64,000 bases of DNA from Candidatus Binatus soli (GTDB lineage Bacteria > Desulfobacterota > Binatia > Binatales > Binataceae). Positions 50,860 through 59,921 of the stretch are shown here, in pieces; the first letter of the stretch is position 1, and every line of letters begins with the position of its first letter. Position numbers and translations under genes: made by a program. Below the pieces are notes generated by a model. That model was not told the DNA's origin and did no database searches. It saw only the letters and a list, made by a program, of their open reading frames with translations. The DNA is taken from assembly GCA_002479255.1 (NCBI GenBank), contig DLMJ01000005.1:8664-72663 (forward strand), read 5' to 3'.

Positions 50860-51687
50860 TTGCTCGAAATCCTCATCTACCTGTTAGCGCTTGCAGTCGG
50901 CGCCGGATTCATCGGCGCGATCTCGGGCCTCGGTGGCGGAGTCTTCATCGTGCCGGGGCTGGTCATCCTGGCGCACATGCCGATGAAGGTTGCCGTCGGC
51001 GCGAGCCTGATCTCCGTCGTCGCGACCAGCGCCGGAGCCAGCGTCGCATTCGTGCGCGACGGATGGACCAATCTGAAAGTCGCGATGGTGCTGGAATGCG
51101 CGACGGTTACCGGCGCCGTGATCGGCGCCTATCTCGCCGGCGTCGTGCCGACCGTGGTGCTCGAATTGCTCTTCGCCGCCATGATGCTCCAGTCGGCATA
51201 CTTCTCGATGACCAGGCGCGGCGACGACATTCTCACCAGGGGCGACCCGCTCGCCGAGCGCCTGGAACTCTCGGGCGAAGTGCCCGACCTCAGCGGCAAC
51301 ACGGTCCACTATGAAGTCGTGAATGTACCCCAGGGCGGCGCGCTCATGGTCGTCGCGGGCCTCATGTCTGGCCTGCTCGGAATTGGGTCGGGCGCGCTCA
51401 AGGTGACGGCGATGGACTACATCATGCACCTGCCGCTCAAGGTTTCGAGCGCGACCAGCAACTTCATGATCGGCGTCACCGCCGGCGCCGGCGCACTCGT
51501 GTTCCTCGCGCGTGGCGACGTTGCCACCACCATCGCAGCCCCGGTGGCGATTGGAGTCACCGCCGGCGCGCTCGCCGGCAGCCGCGTCCTGCCGCATCTC
51601 AGGGTCGAGTCGCTCCGGACCGTATTCGTGATAATTCTTCTGCTGATCGCGGCCGAGATGGGATGGCGCGCATTATCGGGAATCTAA
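50860..51687 (+). CDS. TauE/SafE family sulfite exporter-like membrane protein (DUF81)
   Basis: Two internally repeated 4-TM halves with GxGGG motifs (ISGLGGGVFIVPGL; LGIGSGALKV). Confidence 0.8.
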   Translation: MLEILIYLLALAVGAGFIGAISGLGGGVFIVPGLVILAHMPMKVAVGASLISVVATSAGASVAFVRDGWTNLKVAMVLECATVTGAVIGAYLAGVVPTVVLELLFAAMMLQSAYFSMTRRGDDILTRGDPLAERLELSGEVPDLSGNTVHYEVVNVPQGGALMVVAGLMSGLLGIGSGALKVTAMDYIMHLPLKVSSATSNFMIGVTAGAGALVFLARGDVATTIAAPVAIGVTAGALAGSRVLPHLRVESLRTVFVIILLLIAAEMGWRALSGI

Positions 51688-51690
51688 GCG

Positions 51691-52080
51691 ATGCCGAAAC
51701 ACGAAGAAGACCGGATACTCAGGGAATGGACGCCGATTCTGCTGCGGTCGATTCTCATCGTCGCGATGCTCGTACTCGGCGCCGGACTCGTCCTGACCTA
51801 CACCTTCGCCCCGGACTACTATGTCGAGCGCTACCAGGCGGCGCAGCATGGTCACCTGATCGGCAAGGAAACGATTGGCCGGTTGTTTGACGGGGTCCGG
51901 CAAGGCAATCCGCATGCGGTGCTGACGATCGGGCTGTTCGTGCTGACGCTGGTCCCGCTCGCGCGCGTCGCGTTCTGCTTCGTCCTCTTCATCCGGGAAC
52001 GCGACTACACGTATGTTGCTCTTACGGCCTACGTGCTCGCAGGGTTGATCGTTGGTGTGCTGGTAGGGAATGTCGGTTAG
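51691..52080 (+). CDS. DUF1634-family small membrane protein (commonly paired with TauE/SafE)
   Basis: 129 aa, 3 TM; the gene pairing with DUF81 is a known conserved arrangement. Confidence 0.55.
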   Translation: MPKHEEDRILREWTPILLRSILIVAMLVLGAGLVLTYTFAPDYYVERYQAAQHGHLIGKETIGRLFDGVRQGNPHAVLTIGLFVLTLVPLARVAFCFVLFIRERDYTYVALTAYVLAGLIVGVLVGNVG

Positions 52081-52113
52081 TGATCGATTAGTATTCGGAC
52101 GGAGGATCGCGCA

Positions 52114-52893
52114 ATGGAAATAAAGGGAAAGGTCGGCGTCGTCACCGGCGGCTCATCGGGGATCGGGCGTGCAACGGCACAGCGGTTGGCGAAAGAAGGC
52201 GCCGCGATCGTGGTCGCCGATCTCGACGAAGCCGGCGGCGCCGAAACCGTCAAGCGTATCAAGACCGCCGGCAGCCGTGCCGTTTTTGTGAAGGCAGACG
52301 TCACCAGGATCGAGGACGCTCGCCGGATGCTCGACACCGCGGTCTCCGAGTTCGGCCGCCTCGACATCCTGCACAACAACGCCGGCATCGGCGTGGGCGC
52401 GCCCGGCTTTCCCGAAGCACCGCCTGAGCGATGGCGCCTGGTGATCGAGATCGACCTGCAGGCCGTCATTCTCGGCACCGGCCTCGCGGCTCCGCTGATG
52501 CAAGCGAACGGCGGCGGCGCCATCGTCAACACGGCCTCGATGGCCGGCTTGTATCCGCATCGCCAGGACGTGGTTTATGGCGCGGCCAAGGGCGGCGTTG
52601 TGAACTTCACGCATTCCCTGGCGTTCTGGGAAGCGGAACGGAAAATCCGCGTCAACTGCGTCTGCCCGGGAATCGTCGATACTCCGATGGTGCACAAGGG
52701 ACTCGAGGCGGCCACCAAACTTGGGTTTTTGGCGAGAGCTTGGATACCGGCGAAGATGATTCAGCCCGAGGAAATCGCCGACGCAGTCGTCAGCCTCGTC
52801 CGCGACGATTCGCTGTTCGGATGCGCGCTGGAAATTCGCCCGAGTGGCCGCCAAATCGTCGATCCGCGTCGCGCCCCCGGCTCCCTGAGATAA
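52114..52893 (+). CDS. SDR family NAD(P)-dependent oxidoreductase
   Basis: GKVGVVTGGSSGIGRA cofactor motif, NNAG, and catalytic YGAAK. Confidence 0.85.
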   Translation: MEIKGKVGVVTGGSSGIGRATAQRLAKEGAAIVVADLDEAGGAETVKRIKTAGSRAVFVKADVTRIEDARRMLDTAVSEFGRLDILHNNAGIGVGAPGFPEAPPERWRLVIEIDLQAVILGTGLAAPLMQANGGGAIVNTASMAGLYPHRQDVVYGAAKGGVVNFTHSLAFWEAERKIRVNCVCPGIVDTPMVHKGLEAATKLGFLARAWIPAKMIQPEEIADAVVSLVRDDSLFGCALEIRPSGRQIVDPRRAPGSLR

Positions 52894-53037
52894 AAAAACA
52901 GAGGCGGTCGATGACCGCCTCCGCTGCGAGCTGAATGTAGCGCGCGTCGATTGAAGCGCGACTCTGCGGCGACGGAGACTACTCCGCATTCGCGTCCGGG
53001 CTGCCGCCGGGCGCGCGCGACTCGATGATCTCGCGCG

Positions 53038-53262
53038 TCAGTTCTGGCTGGAGGTGCCGCCGTCCGGAGCCTTCATGTTTCGCTCCAGACACCAACGGTC
53101 GATCACCTCGGCGTTGAAACGCCAATCGGTGCCGATCCGAAAGCCCGGCAGCTCTCCGCGACGAAGCAGCTTGTAGATTGTCGATGGATGCACACGCAGA
53201 TATTCGGACAATTCCTTGACCGTCATCACGCGCGGCAGGTTATACTTGGTTTCATTAGCCAT
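53038..53262 (-). CDS. excisionase-family helix-turn-helix DNA-binding protein
   Basis: MANETKYNLPRVMTVKELSEYLRVHPSTIYKLLRRGELPGFRIGTDWRFNAEVIDRW, closely paralogous to the 27151-27384 product. The longer ORF to 53400 is probably over-extended. Confidence 0.7.
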   Translation of the reverse strand: MANETKYNLPRVMTVKELSEYLRVHPSTIYKLLRRGELPGFRIGTDWRFNAEVIDRWCLERNMKAPDGGTSSQN

Positions 53263-53547
53263 GATACTCCCCGGTAACGTCCCCGTCGGTCGCCTACTCC
53301 CTGGATTTGATGCCTTTTTTCGCATCTCGAATGATTCAATCCGCCCGTTACGCCCACCATGAGCCTGTATGAGAGTCTCAAAATAATCACTGGCGGTCAA
53401 GAGGTGCTTAAGGGGACTTCTGGTACTTTTCGCGTTTCTCTCCTTTATTGTATGTGAAGTCAGCTATTCTTGCAGAGATTTCGATAACAAAATGCTCAGC
53501 TAAGCTCTAAACGATGCCTGTGAGTGCCTTGAAATGAGGTCATAAGC

Positions 53548-54087
53548 ATGCCAAGTACGCGAATTTCAATTTTGCTAATCTTCGCCTGGCTTGGCCTTGC
53601 TCACGCCCAACCAGCCCAAGCCCAAATGAGGCTGACCAGCCCCGCGATCGCTCCCGGAGCCGCAATTGCCGATGACTACGCATGTACTGGCGCCGATCGA
53701 TCCCCCGCGCTCGCATGGAGCGATGCGCCGCAATCAACGAAAACGAAATCATTTGCATTGATCGTCGACGACCCCGACGCTCCCCATGGAACATTTTTTC
53801 ATTGGGTGGCGTACAATATTGCGGCTGGCGAAACTTCGCTGCCGGCAGGCGTGCCGCAAACCGCGGAAATTGCCGGCGGCGGAACAAATGGAATCAACAG
53901 CTTCGAGCATATCGGCTACAATGGACCGTGTCCGCCGCCGGGGAAAATGCATCACTATCGTTTTCATCTCTTCGCGCTGGATTCGACGTTGACTCCCGGC
54001 GACCCGGCGGACGCGGCCGCCGTCCAGTCCGCGATGAGAGGTCACGTCGTCGCGACCGCGGAATTGGTCGGCACATTCGAACGATGA
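53548..54087 (+). CDS. YbhB/YbcL family (PEBP/Raf-kinase-inhibitor-like) secreted protein
   Basis: Signal peptide plus conserved LIVDDPDAPHGTFFHWVAYNI and GYNGPCPPPGKMHHYRFHLFAL motifs. Confidence 0.75.
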   Translation: MPSTRISILLIFAWLGLAHAQPAQAQMRLTSPAIAPGAAIADDYACTGADRSPALAWSDAPQSTKTKSFALIVDDPDAPHGTFFHWVAYNIAAGETSLPAGVPQTAEIAGGGTNGINSFEHIGYNGPCPPPGKMHHYRFHLFALDSTLTPGDPADAAAVQSAMRGHVVATAELVGTFER

Positions 54088-54106
54088 GGTAAAAGCGGAT
54101 TCATCG

Positions 54107-54706
54107 ATGAAGACAGTACTCAAAATCCTGGCTGGAGTGATTGTTCTCGCAGTCGTCGCGATCGTGGGATGGCGTTACTATCAAATACATCGCGCGCGGC
54201 AGGCCGGCCTGCTCACCGAGAACATCGGGCATGACGGCAACGTCTGGAAGGCCGATTTCACCGCGCGCATCCCGGCCCCCGAGCAGACCGTCTTCACCGC
54301 GATTCGCGACGTCGAAAAAATGCACAACGATCAGGTCAAGGCGGTGCGCGTCGTATCCCAGAGCGGAAATAAAAAGACCGTCGATATGGATATCGCGGGA
54401 CCGGGCGGACAAACGATTACCACCGAGCTTGAGTTCGAGTACCTGCCCGACCAGAACAAGATCGCCTATCACACCGTCGACAATCCGCTGCTCGATACTC
54501 AGGCCGTGTACCAACTCGGCGATGAAGGCGCGAGCACGTTCATCGACTACCACGAAACCACGCATCTGCTGCAGTCGTTTCCCGTCCCCGACGGCGTCAT
54601 CAAGCAGGTCATTCGCGGCATCTTCATCGCGCAGCTCGAAACCTTGAAGCGCACCCTCAACATCAAGACCGCCGACGAGACCCCCTCCCGTGACGACGAA
54701 CCCTGA
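54107..54706 (+). CDS. membrane-anchored SRPBCC (START/polyketide-cyclase-like) superfamily protein
   Basis: N-terminal TM helix then ~170 aa with SRPBCC-like alternating pattern; assignment tentative. Confidence 0.45.
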   Translation: MKTVLKILAGVIVLAVVAIVGWRYYQIHRARQAGLLTENIGHDGNVWKADFTARIPAPEQTVFTAIRDVEKMHNDQVKAVRVVSQSGNKKTVDMDIAGPGGQTITTELEFEYLPDQNKIAYHTVDNPLLDTQAVYQLGDEGASTFIDYHETTHLLQSFPVPDGVIKQVIRGIFIAQLETLKRTLNIKTADETPSRDDEP

Positions 54707-54879
54707 CGGCGCCCGCCGTTTCCGCGCGAGCAGTACGATGAACGTAATGACTTGCCGCAGGCAGGCGGAAGGCGCGAAATTGATGACGATCAAAGATACA
54801 GCGCAAATCGAGTGGGACGAGATCCGTAAGATCGACCATTACGCGTTGTCGGTGAAGGATCTCGCAAAATAACACGAAG

Positions 54880-55797
54880 ATGCATTTTCCAGACAGCGTT
54901 GCGCGTGCACTCAAAAAGGCTCTCGTCAATGTATTCTGGACGAAGAAAGACCTTCGCGAATTGTTTAGCCGCTGCGATGTTCCAGCCAATCTGACAAACG
55001 CCCAAGATTGGAACGGATACAAGTTTCACATCATCGATCCCGTCATTGACTCCCTCAACGGATCACCGGACGGGCTTGGACCATTACGCCGAATCCTCGC
55101 CGAAACCCTTCACTACAAAGATGGCAATCACCTTCTGTGGCTCTCGGACGGCCAGAAGCGAAAACGAGAGGCGGAAGATTCGTTGGAGCATCTGAGGGTC
55201 TTGGTCGAAAAGCACGATGCGTCGCTGGAAGCGGAACGTACGAAGCAGGAACAGCGGCGTCGCGAGCAGGACGAGAGAGCTCGAAAGCAATCGTTCTCGG
55301 AGACGCGCGAACATCTAAAGCAGCATTTCTTAACCTTGTATGCCGCGCTCGACCGGCAGCAGAGCGGCTACGGATTAGAAGATCTCCTGTACCAAGTCTT
55401 CGATCTTTTCGAATTGCAGCCGCGCGGGCCATTTCGCCTTGCCGGAGAACAGATCGACGGCGCGTTCGTCCACGAGTCGACCGATTTTTTGCTTGAGGCG
55501 AAGTGGTAGAAGGCCCCTGCAAATCTGGAAGCGCTTCGCGATCTCGATGGCGCAGTCGGGTCAAACCTGGACAATACACTTGGGCTGTTCATTTCGATCC
55601 ATGGGTACACCGGGGAAGCACTCGATCGGTATCGGCAGGGAAATCGGCCGCGAATTGTCTGCATGGACGGCGCTGACCTGATGGCCGTCCTGGAGGGTCA
55701 GATTGATCTCAACGACCTCTTGCGCCGAAAGAAGGCGATCGCCGCGCAACGAGGCGAAGTATTTGCGCCCGTTTCCAAAATAATCCTAGGAGAGATG
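54880..55797 (+). pseudogene. Mrr-like PD-(D/E)xK restriction-endonuclease-domain protein with N-terminal coiled-coil/sensor region, interrupted by an in-frame TAG at 55507-55509
   Basis: Reading through the TAG gives ...GYGLEDLLYQVFDLFELQPRGPFRLAGEQIDGAFVHESTDFLLEAKW*KAPANLEALRDLDGAVGS...LGLFISIHGYTGEALD...RPRIVCMDGADLMAVLEG. This matches the Mrr_cat layout (G..E..v..Lf...G......GDgGIDg.......iQaKry....v...v..l.G........G.liTts.ft..A.......i.LiDG..L), with the stop directly after the E-x-K catalytic motif. Lower GC (~52%) than the flanks. Confidence 0.55.
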
Positions 55798-55800
55798 TAG

Positions 55801-56811
55801 ATGACCGCGGGGAAGATTGCATGTCCGCTCTGCGACTTGAGCCAACCGCTCGCTGCCAGCTCATCTGATCCCGATGGCGATCGCACGGCGGTTCGTTGTC
55901 GGCGATGCGGGGAGTTCTCAATTCCGTCCCGGATTCCTGAAAACTGGGATATAGGACGGATACCTCAGTTTCTGCTTGAGAAGAGAGTCAGACGCTCCGA
56001 TCAGCCGCGCGGCCGCGAGCTCCTACGGAAGTATCTGTCTATCTACAGCCGTGAATGCCAGGAAACCGGCAGGCGGGCTGAATTTCCAGTACCTTTCGAC
56101 CTTTCTGAGATGGAGCTGCTAGCCGAAACCTACGCGCATACGTCTGTTCCAGACCGTGCAGATAGGCTGCTTCGCTTTCTCGCGCGACGGACTGACTACC
56201 CCGGAAAACCCGTAGGGGTAAACGCGTACTACGATTATCCTGTGCCACATGCTATCGAGGCCGAGGAATTCGACTATTATCTGGAATACCTCGCTCACGC
56301 AGGTTGGATCGAACGACCAGCAGGTTTGGACGCAAAGATCTCCGGGCAGGATCCGGAGATAGAGTACGATCGCGAAACCATCGTCACGGTTGAGGGTTGG
56401 AAACGCATCGCTTCGCTCGGCGGCGGTCGTGTCGCTTTCGTCGCCATGTCATTCGCCACGGAACTGGACGACGCCTTTCTCGAAGGTCTCACTCCGGGCA
56501 TATGCGACGCTGGCTACCAGGCATTGCGGGTAGACAAGATCGAGCATAACGAGAAAATTTGCGACCGAATCGTCTCCGAGATTCGAAGAGCCAGGTTTCT
56601 TGTAGCCGACGTGACAAATCAGCGGCCAGGCGTTTATTTCGAGGCCGGATTTGCAATGGGATTGGGCATGCCGGTCATCTGGTGCTGCAGAAAGGACGAT
56701 CTCGCTAACGTCCATTTCGACACTCGGCAGTACAACCACATCGTCTGGGAAACGCCAGCGGAGCTGCGTACCAGACTTCGTGACAGGATTCTCGCCACGC
56801 TTGCGGCCTGA
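55801..56811 (+). CDS. hypothetical protein: N-terminal C4 zinc ribbon, central unknown domain, C-terminal nucleoside 2-deoxyribosyltransferase-like (NDT/Rcl/TIR-related Rossmannoid) domain
   Basis: CPLC...CRRC zinc ribbon. C-terminal RVAFVAMSF...ARFLVADVTNQRPGVYFEAGFAMGLGMPVIWCC follows the NDT-family pattern (strand, then sDlvvA..d......GtafElGyA.alGKPvi) including the catalytic-position Glu. Starts 4 bp after the Mrr-like ORF; low GC. Confidence 0.5.
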   Translation: MTAGKIACPLCDLSQPLAASSSDPDGDRTAVRCRRCGEFSIPSRIPENWDIGRIPQFLLEKRVRRSDQPRGRELLRKYLSIYSRECQETGRRAEFPVPFDLSEMELLAETYAHTSVPDRADRLLRFLARRTDYPGKPVGVNAYYDYPVPHAIEAEEFDYYLEYLAHAGWIERPAGLDAKISGQDPEIEYDRETIVTVEGWKRIASLGGGRVAFVAMSFATELDDAFLEGLTPGICDAGYQALRVDKIEHNEKICDRIVSEIRRARFLVADVTNQRPGVYFEAGFAMGLGMPVIWCCRKDDLANVHFDTRQYNHIVWETPAELRTRLRDRILATLAA

Positions 56812-57131
56812 ATGAATGGTATCCAAGGAATGCAAGACAGCTAGCAGAGATAAGGTCTCCAATTGCGTTGGTGAGCGTGCATTCGGCACTTGAAAAATCC
56901 GTCCGGCATGGGCATCCGAGCACGCTCCATCTCTGGTGCGCGCGACGGCCGCCAGGCCGCCCGCCGCGCAACGCTGCTGGCGCTGCTGCTCCCCGACCCG
57001 TGCGATGAGGACTGTCCGGAAGAGTTCAAGGACACAGTGAGGATCTGTGACCAAAGACGACGCGGTGCGTCAGCGTCGCCCGAGGTACCGACGAGTAGGA
57101 CCTGATTAGTCATGTTCAAGCGACCCATACC

Positions 57132-58427
57132 ATGATCCGCTTCAACGCAGAATTCGTAGCATCCGCGTTCGCTCTCGACGGATGCCCGCGATGGAAGCGC
57201 GCCGAGGTCGCGCTCGCCGGCCGCTCCAACGTGGGCAAGAGTTCCCTGCTCAACGCGCTCGCCGGAGTGAAGGGTCTCGCGCGGACCAGCAAAACCCCCG
57301 GACGCACGCGATGCCTCAACTTCTTCTCGGTCGGCGACACGCTCGCGCTATGCGACCTGCCCGGCTTCGGCTACGCGAAGATGGGTCATGAGGAAGCGGC
57401 CAAAATCGCTTTTATGATGCACGAATACATCCACGAGCGCGTCAATCTCGCCGCCATCGCGATTCTCGTCGATTGCCGCCGCGGTCCTCAGCACGACGAA
57501 CTCGATCTGGCGGCGATGGCCGCGGAGCGCGGCATCGAAGTAATTCCGGTCGCGACCAAGTGTGACAAGCTGCGCCGTTCGGAGCGCGCAGCCGCGCTCA
57601 AACGTTTCGACTCGATGCGCGTGGCGCCGATCTTCTGTTCGGCGACGTCCGGCGAGGGAATCGACGATCTGCGCCGCCGAATCCTTGCCGTCGATCGGAT
57701 GGATGCCGCTGAACCCGGGCCGCATAGCGAATCGAATTCTGCGACTTTCGACGAATGGCTGAAATGGGTTTTCGACCACCCGGTTGCAGAAAACACGTCG
57801 GACGAATGGTGGTGGCAGGAGCCTGACTACGATGAAGGCGGCAGGTGGTTGGACCGGCCGCCGATGCCGGCATTAGCGTTCGTTGCAAAACTCTTCGAGA
57901 ATCCGTTGCAGTACCTGTCTTGTTATAGCGACGCTCAGATCAATCAGGGTCTCGATTTCATTGTCAGTACATCCTGCTCTAAACATTTCCACTGGCTCAT
58001 AGACGGCAGAGTCGATCTTAATCTTCGAAAGCGTTGCATCCGATCAATTGAGGGTCTTTCCCGCGAGTTGTTCGCGCCGAGGTGTTCGGACGATGTCTGC
58101 AAAGGCACGAAGCCACTGGATTACATTTGCTTCATGCTCTGGGATCTTGCGATACACCATGCTTGTCACCGTGAGGATAATCCCGACGGTACTTACTCGG
58201 AGGTCCGCGATCCTGAAATCGACAAGGAATCCGTCAATACGCTCGCCCGCATAATCACAATACCAAGCCTCGCGTGTCAGCAATCGGCTCTGCATGGACT
58301 CGGCCACCTGGTTGACGACGCTTGTCTGGGAGCGAACATTATCCAGAAATATTTGGATGACCATCCAAACCTGCGTAGCGATATTCGGACATACGCGCAG
58401 CGGGCTCTGTTGGGCAAAGTACAGTAA
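57132..58427 (+). CDS. engB: ribosome-biogenesis GTPase EngB/YihA/YsxC fused to a ~230-aa Cys/His-rich C-terminal extension of unknown function
   Basis: N-terminal ~200 aa with GRSNVGKSSLLNAL (G1), KTPGRTR, DLPGFGYAK (G3), TKCDKL (G4), SA (G5). One continuous ORF continues for ~230 aa (…CYSD…CSKHFHW…CIRS…CSDDVC…HHACH…) with markedly lower GC (~52%) than the GTPase part (~66%). Confidence 0.7.
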   Translation: MIRFNAEFVASAFALDGCPRWKRAEVALAGRSNVGKSSLLNALAGVKGLARTSKTPGRTRCLNFFSVGDTLALCDLPGFGYAKMGHEEAAKIAFMMHEYIHERVNLAAIAILVDCRRGPQHDELDLAAMAAERGIEVIPVATKCDKLRRSERAAALKRFDSMRVAPIFCSATSGEGIDDLRRRILAVDRMDAAEPGPHSESNSATFDEWLKWVFDHPVAENTSDEWWWQEPDYDEGGRWLDRPPMPALAFVAKLFENPLQYLSCYSDAQINQGLDFIVSTSCSKHFHWLIDGRVDLNLRKRCIRSIEGLSRELFAPRCSDDVCKGTKPLDYICFMLWDLAIHHACHREDNPDGTYSEVRDPEIDKESVNTLARIITIPSLACQQSALHGLGHLVDDACLGANIIQKYLDDHPNLRSDIRTYAQRALLGKVQ

Positions 58428-58470
58428 GGCTGAAGACCCGAGGCGCTGCCGTCCGGGACGCTGCATCAGG

Positions 58471-59385
58471 ATGAGACCAGAAGTTTCGGTAATTATCCCG
58501 GCTTACAATCGATGCGCGATGCTGCTTGAGGCGATCGATTCCGTGCTCGCCCAATCGACCCCGGCGTTCGAGTTGATCGTCATCGACGACGGCTCGACCG
58601 ATGGGACCGCCGAGCACCTGGCGCGGCTGGCTGAAACGATCCGAATGAAAATTGACCGCATCGATCATCGCGGTCCGGCCGCGGCGCGAAACCGCGGCGT
58701 CGCCATCGCGCGCGCGCCGCTGATCGCATTCCTCGATTCCGACGATCTCTGGTCGCCGACCAAGCTCGAACGCCAGCTCGCGTTCATGCGCGACAACCCC
58801 GGCTGCGCGATCTCGCAAACCAACGAAATCTGGATCCGCAACGGGCGGCGCGTGAATCCCGGCCACCGCCATCGCAAGCGCGCCGGCGATATTTTCATCG
58901 ACTCGCTCCGCACCTGCCTGATTGCCATGTCGTCGGTGATGATACGCACCGATCTTTTCCGCTCATTTGGCGGCTTCGACGAGCTCATGACCGCCGCCGA
59001 AGACTACGATCTATGGCTGCGAATTCTCATCGACCATGAAGCCGGCCTGCTCGACGAACCGCTGGTGACGCGCCGCGGCGGGCATCCCGATCAAACCTCG
59101 GCCACGACTCCTGCCCTCGATCGCTTCCGCATTCTCGCGCTTGCAAAATTGCTCGCGGACGACCGGCTTTCCCCGGCGCGGCGAACTTCGGTGGTCGAAG
59201 TATTGGCCGAAAAATGCCGTATCTACGCGGGCGGCCTTCGGCGACGAGGCAGAATCGACGAGGCGCGACTGTACGAATCGGTCGCTGAACAGGCGCGAGG
59301 CTGGGATACGCGTGCGGCTCCTGAAATCGGATGCACGGTCAAGGCGATGCGATCCATGATTCGCGAAATTCCACATGAATGCTGA
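58471..59385 (+). CDS. family 2 glycosyltransferase
   Basis: VSVIIPAYNRCAMLLEAIDSVLAQS...IVIDDGSTDGT...AFLDSDDLW...AEDYDLWLR, canonical GT-A/GT2 motifs (DxD, ED). ATG at 58471. Confidence 0.8.
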   Translation: MRPEVSVIIPAYNRCAMLLEAIDSVLAQSTPAFELIVIDDGSTDGTAEHLARLAETIRMKIDRIDHRGPAAARNRGVAIARAPLIAFLDSDDLWSPTKLERQLAFMRDNPGCAISQTNEIWIRNGRRVNPGHRHRKRAGDIFIDSLRTCLIAMSSVMIRTDLFRSFGGFDELMTAAEDYDLWLRILIDHEAGLLDEPLVTRRGGHPDQTSATTPALDRFRILALAKLLADDRLSPARRTSVVEVLAEKCRIYAGGLRRRGRIDEARLYESVAEQARGWDTRAAPEIGCTVKAMRSMIREIPHEC

Positions 59386-59911
59386 CGAGATCGACGCGCA
59401 GATTCGGATGCTCGCTGCCGAGCGACGGCTGCCGCCGAGCCATCTTGCGCGATGGCTCGCGATGGACCCGGCGTCGCGTGCCGCGATGCTCGATATCGCG
59501 CGCGTCATCCGCCTGCGGACCGGTCAATTGATGACCGCACTGGAGACGCTTGAGGAAATCGCCGTGCGCGAGCACGTCACAGCCGCCGGCGTTCTCGGCC
59601 GCCCCGAAATCAGGCGCATTGCGGGCGGTCCCGGCTCCGCGCCGTCGCGCGCGAGCGCGCTGCTCGAAGCGCTTCGAACGCTTCGCTACCCCCTCCTTAA
59701 GAAAATGCAGGAGCAGATCCGCTCTGAAGTCTCGGCGCTGAAGCTCCCCCGCGGAATTTCGGTGGTCTTGCCCAAAGAGCTTGGCTCTGATGAGCTCACC
59801 GTTTCGCTTCGGGTGCGAAGCGCCGCCGAACTGGCGCGCCTGCTCGAGGCGCTGGATCGCTCGCGCACGGGACTGACAAGGATTATTGAAATGCTTGGCG
59901 GTAAAAGGTGA
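59375..59911 (+). CDS. hypothetical protein (178 aa)
   Basis: ORF overlapping the GT2 stop by 11 bp, Ala/Arg/Leu-rich helical sequence; no motif recognised. Real coding status uncertain. Confidence 0.35.
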   Translation: MNADEIDAQIRMLAAERRLPPSHLARWLAMDPASRAAMLDIARVIRLRTGQLMTALETLEEIAVREHVTAAGVLGRPEIRRIAGGPGSAPSRASALLEALRTLRYPLLKKMQEQIRSEVSALKLPRGISVVLPKELGSDELTVSLRVRSAAELARLLEALDRSRTGLTRIIEMLGGKR

Positions 59912-59921
59912 AAAGTGAAAA

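Noticed and set aside
52153-52989. 278-aa minus-strand ORF
   Set aside because: Antisense of the SDR gene (TGGSSGIGRA...YGAAK on plus strand).
56890-57105. 71-aa Cys-containing small ORF in the spacer before engB
   Set aside because: High-GC, Arg/Ala-rich composition and no start-context support. Retained only as a note inside the islet finding.
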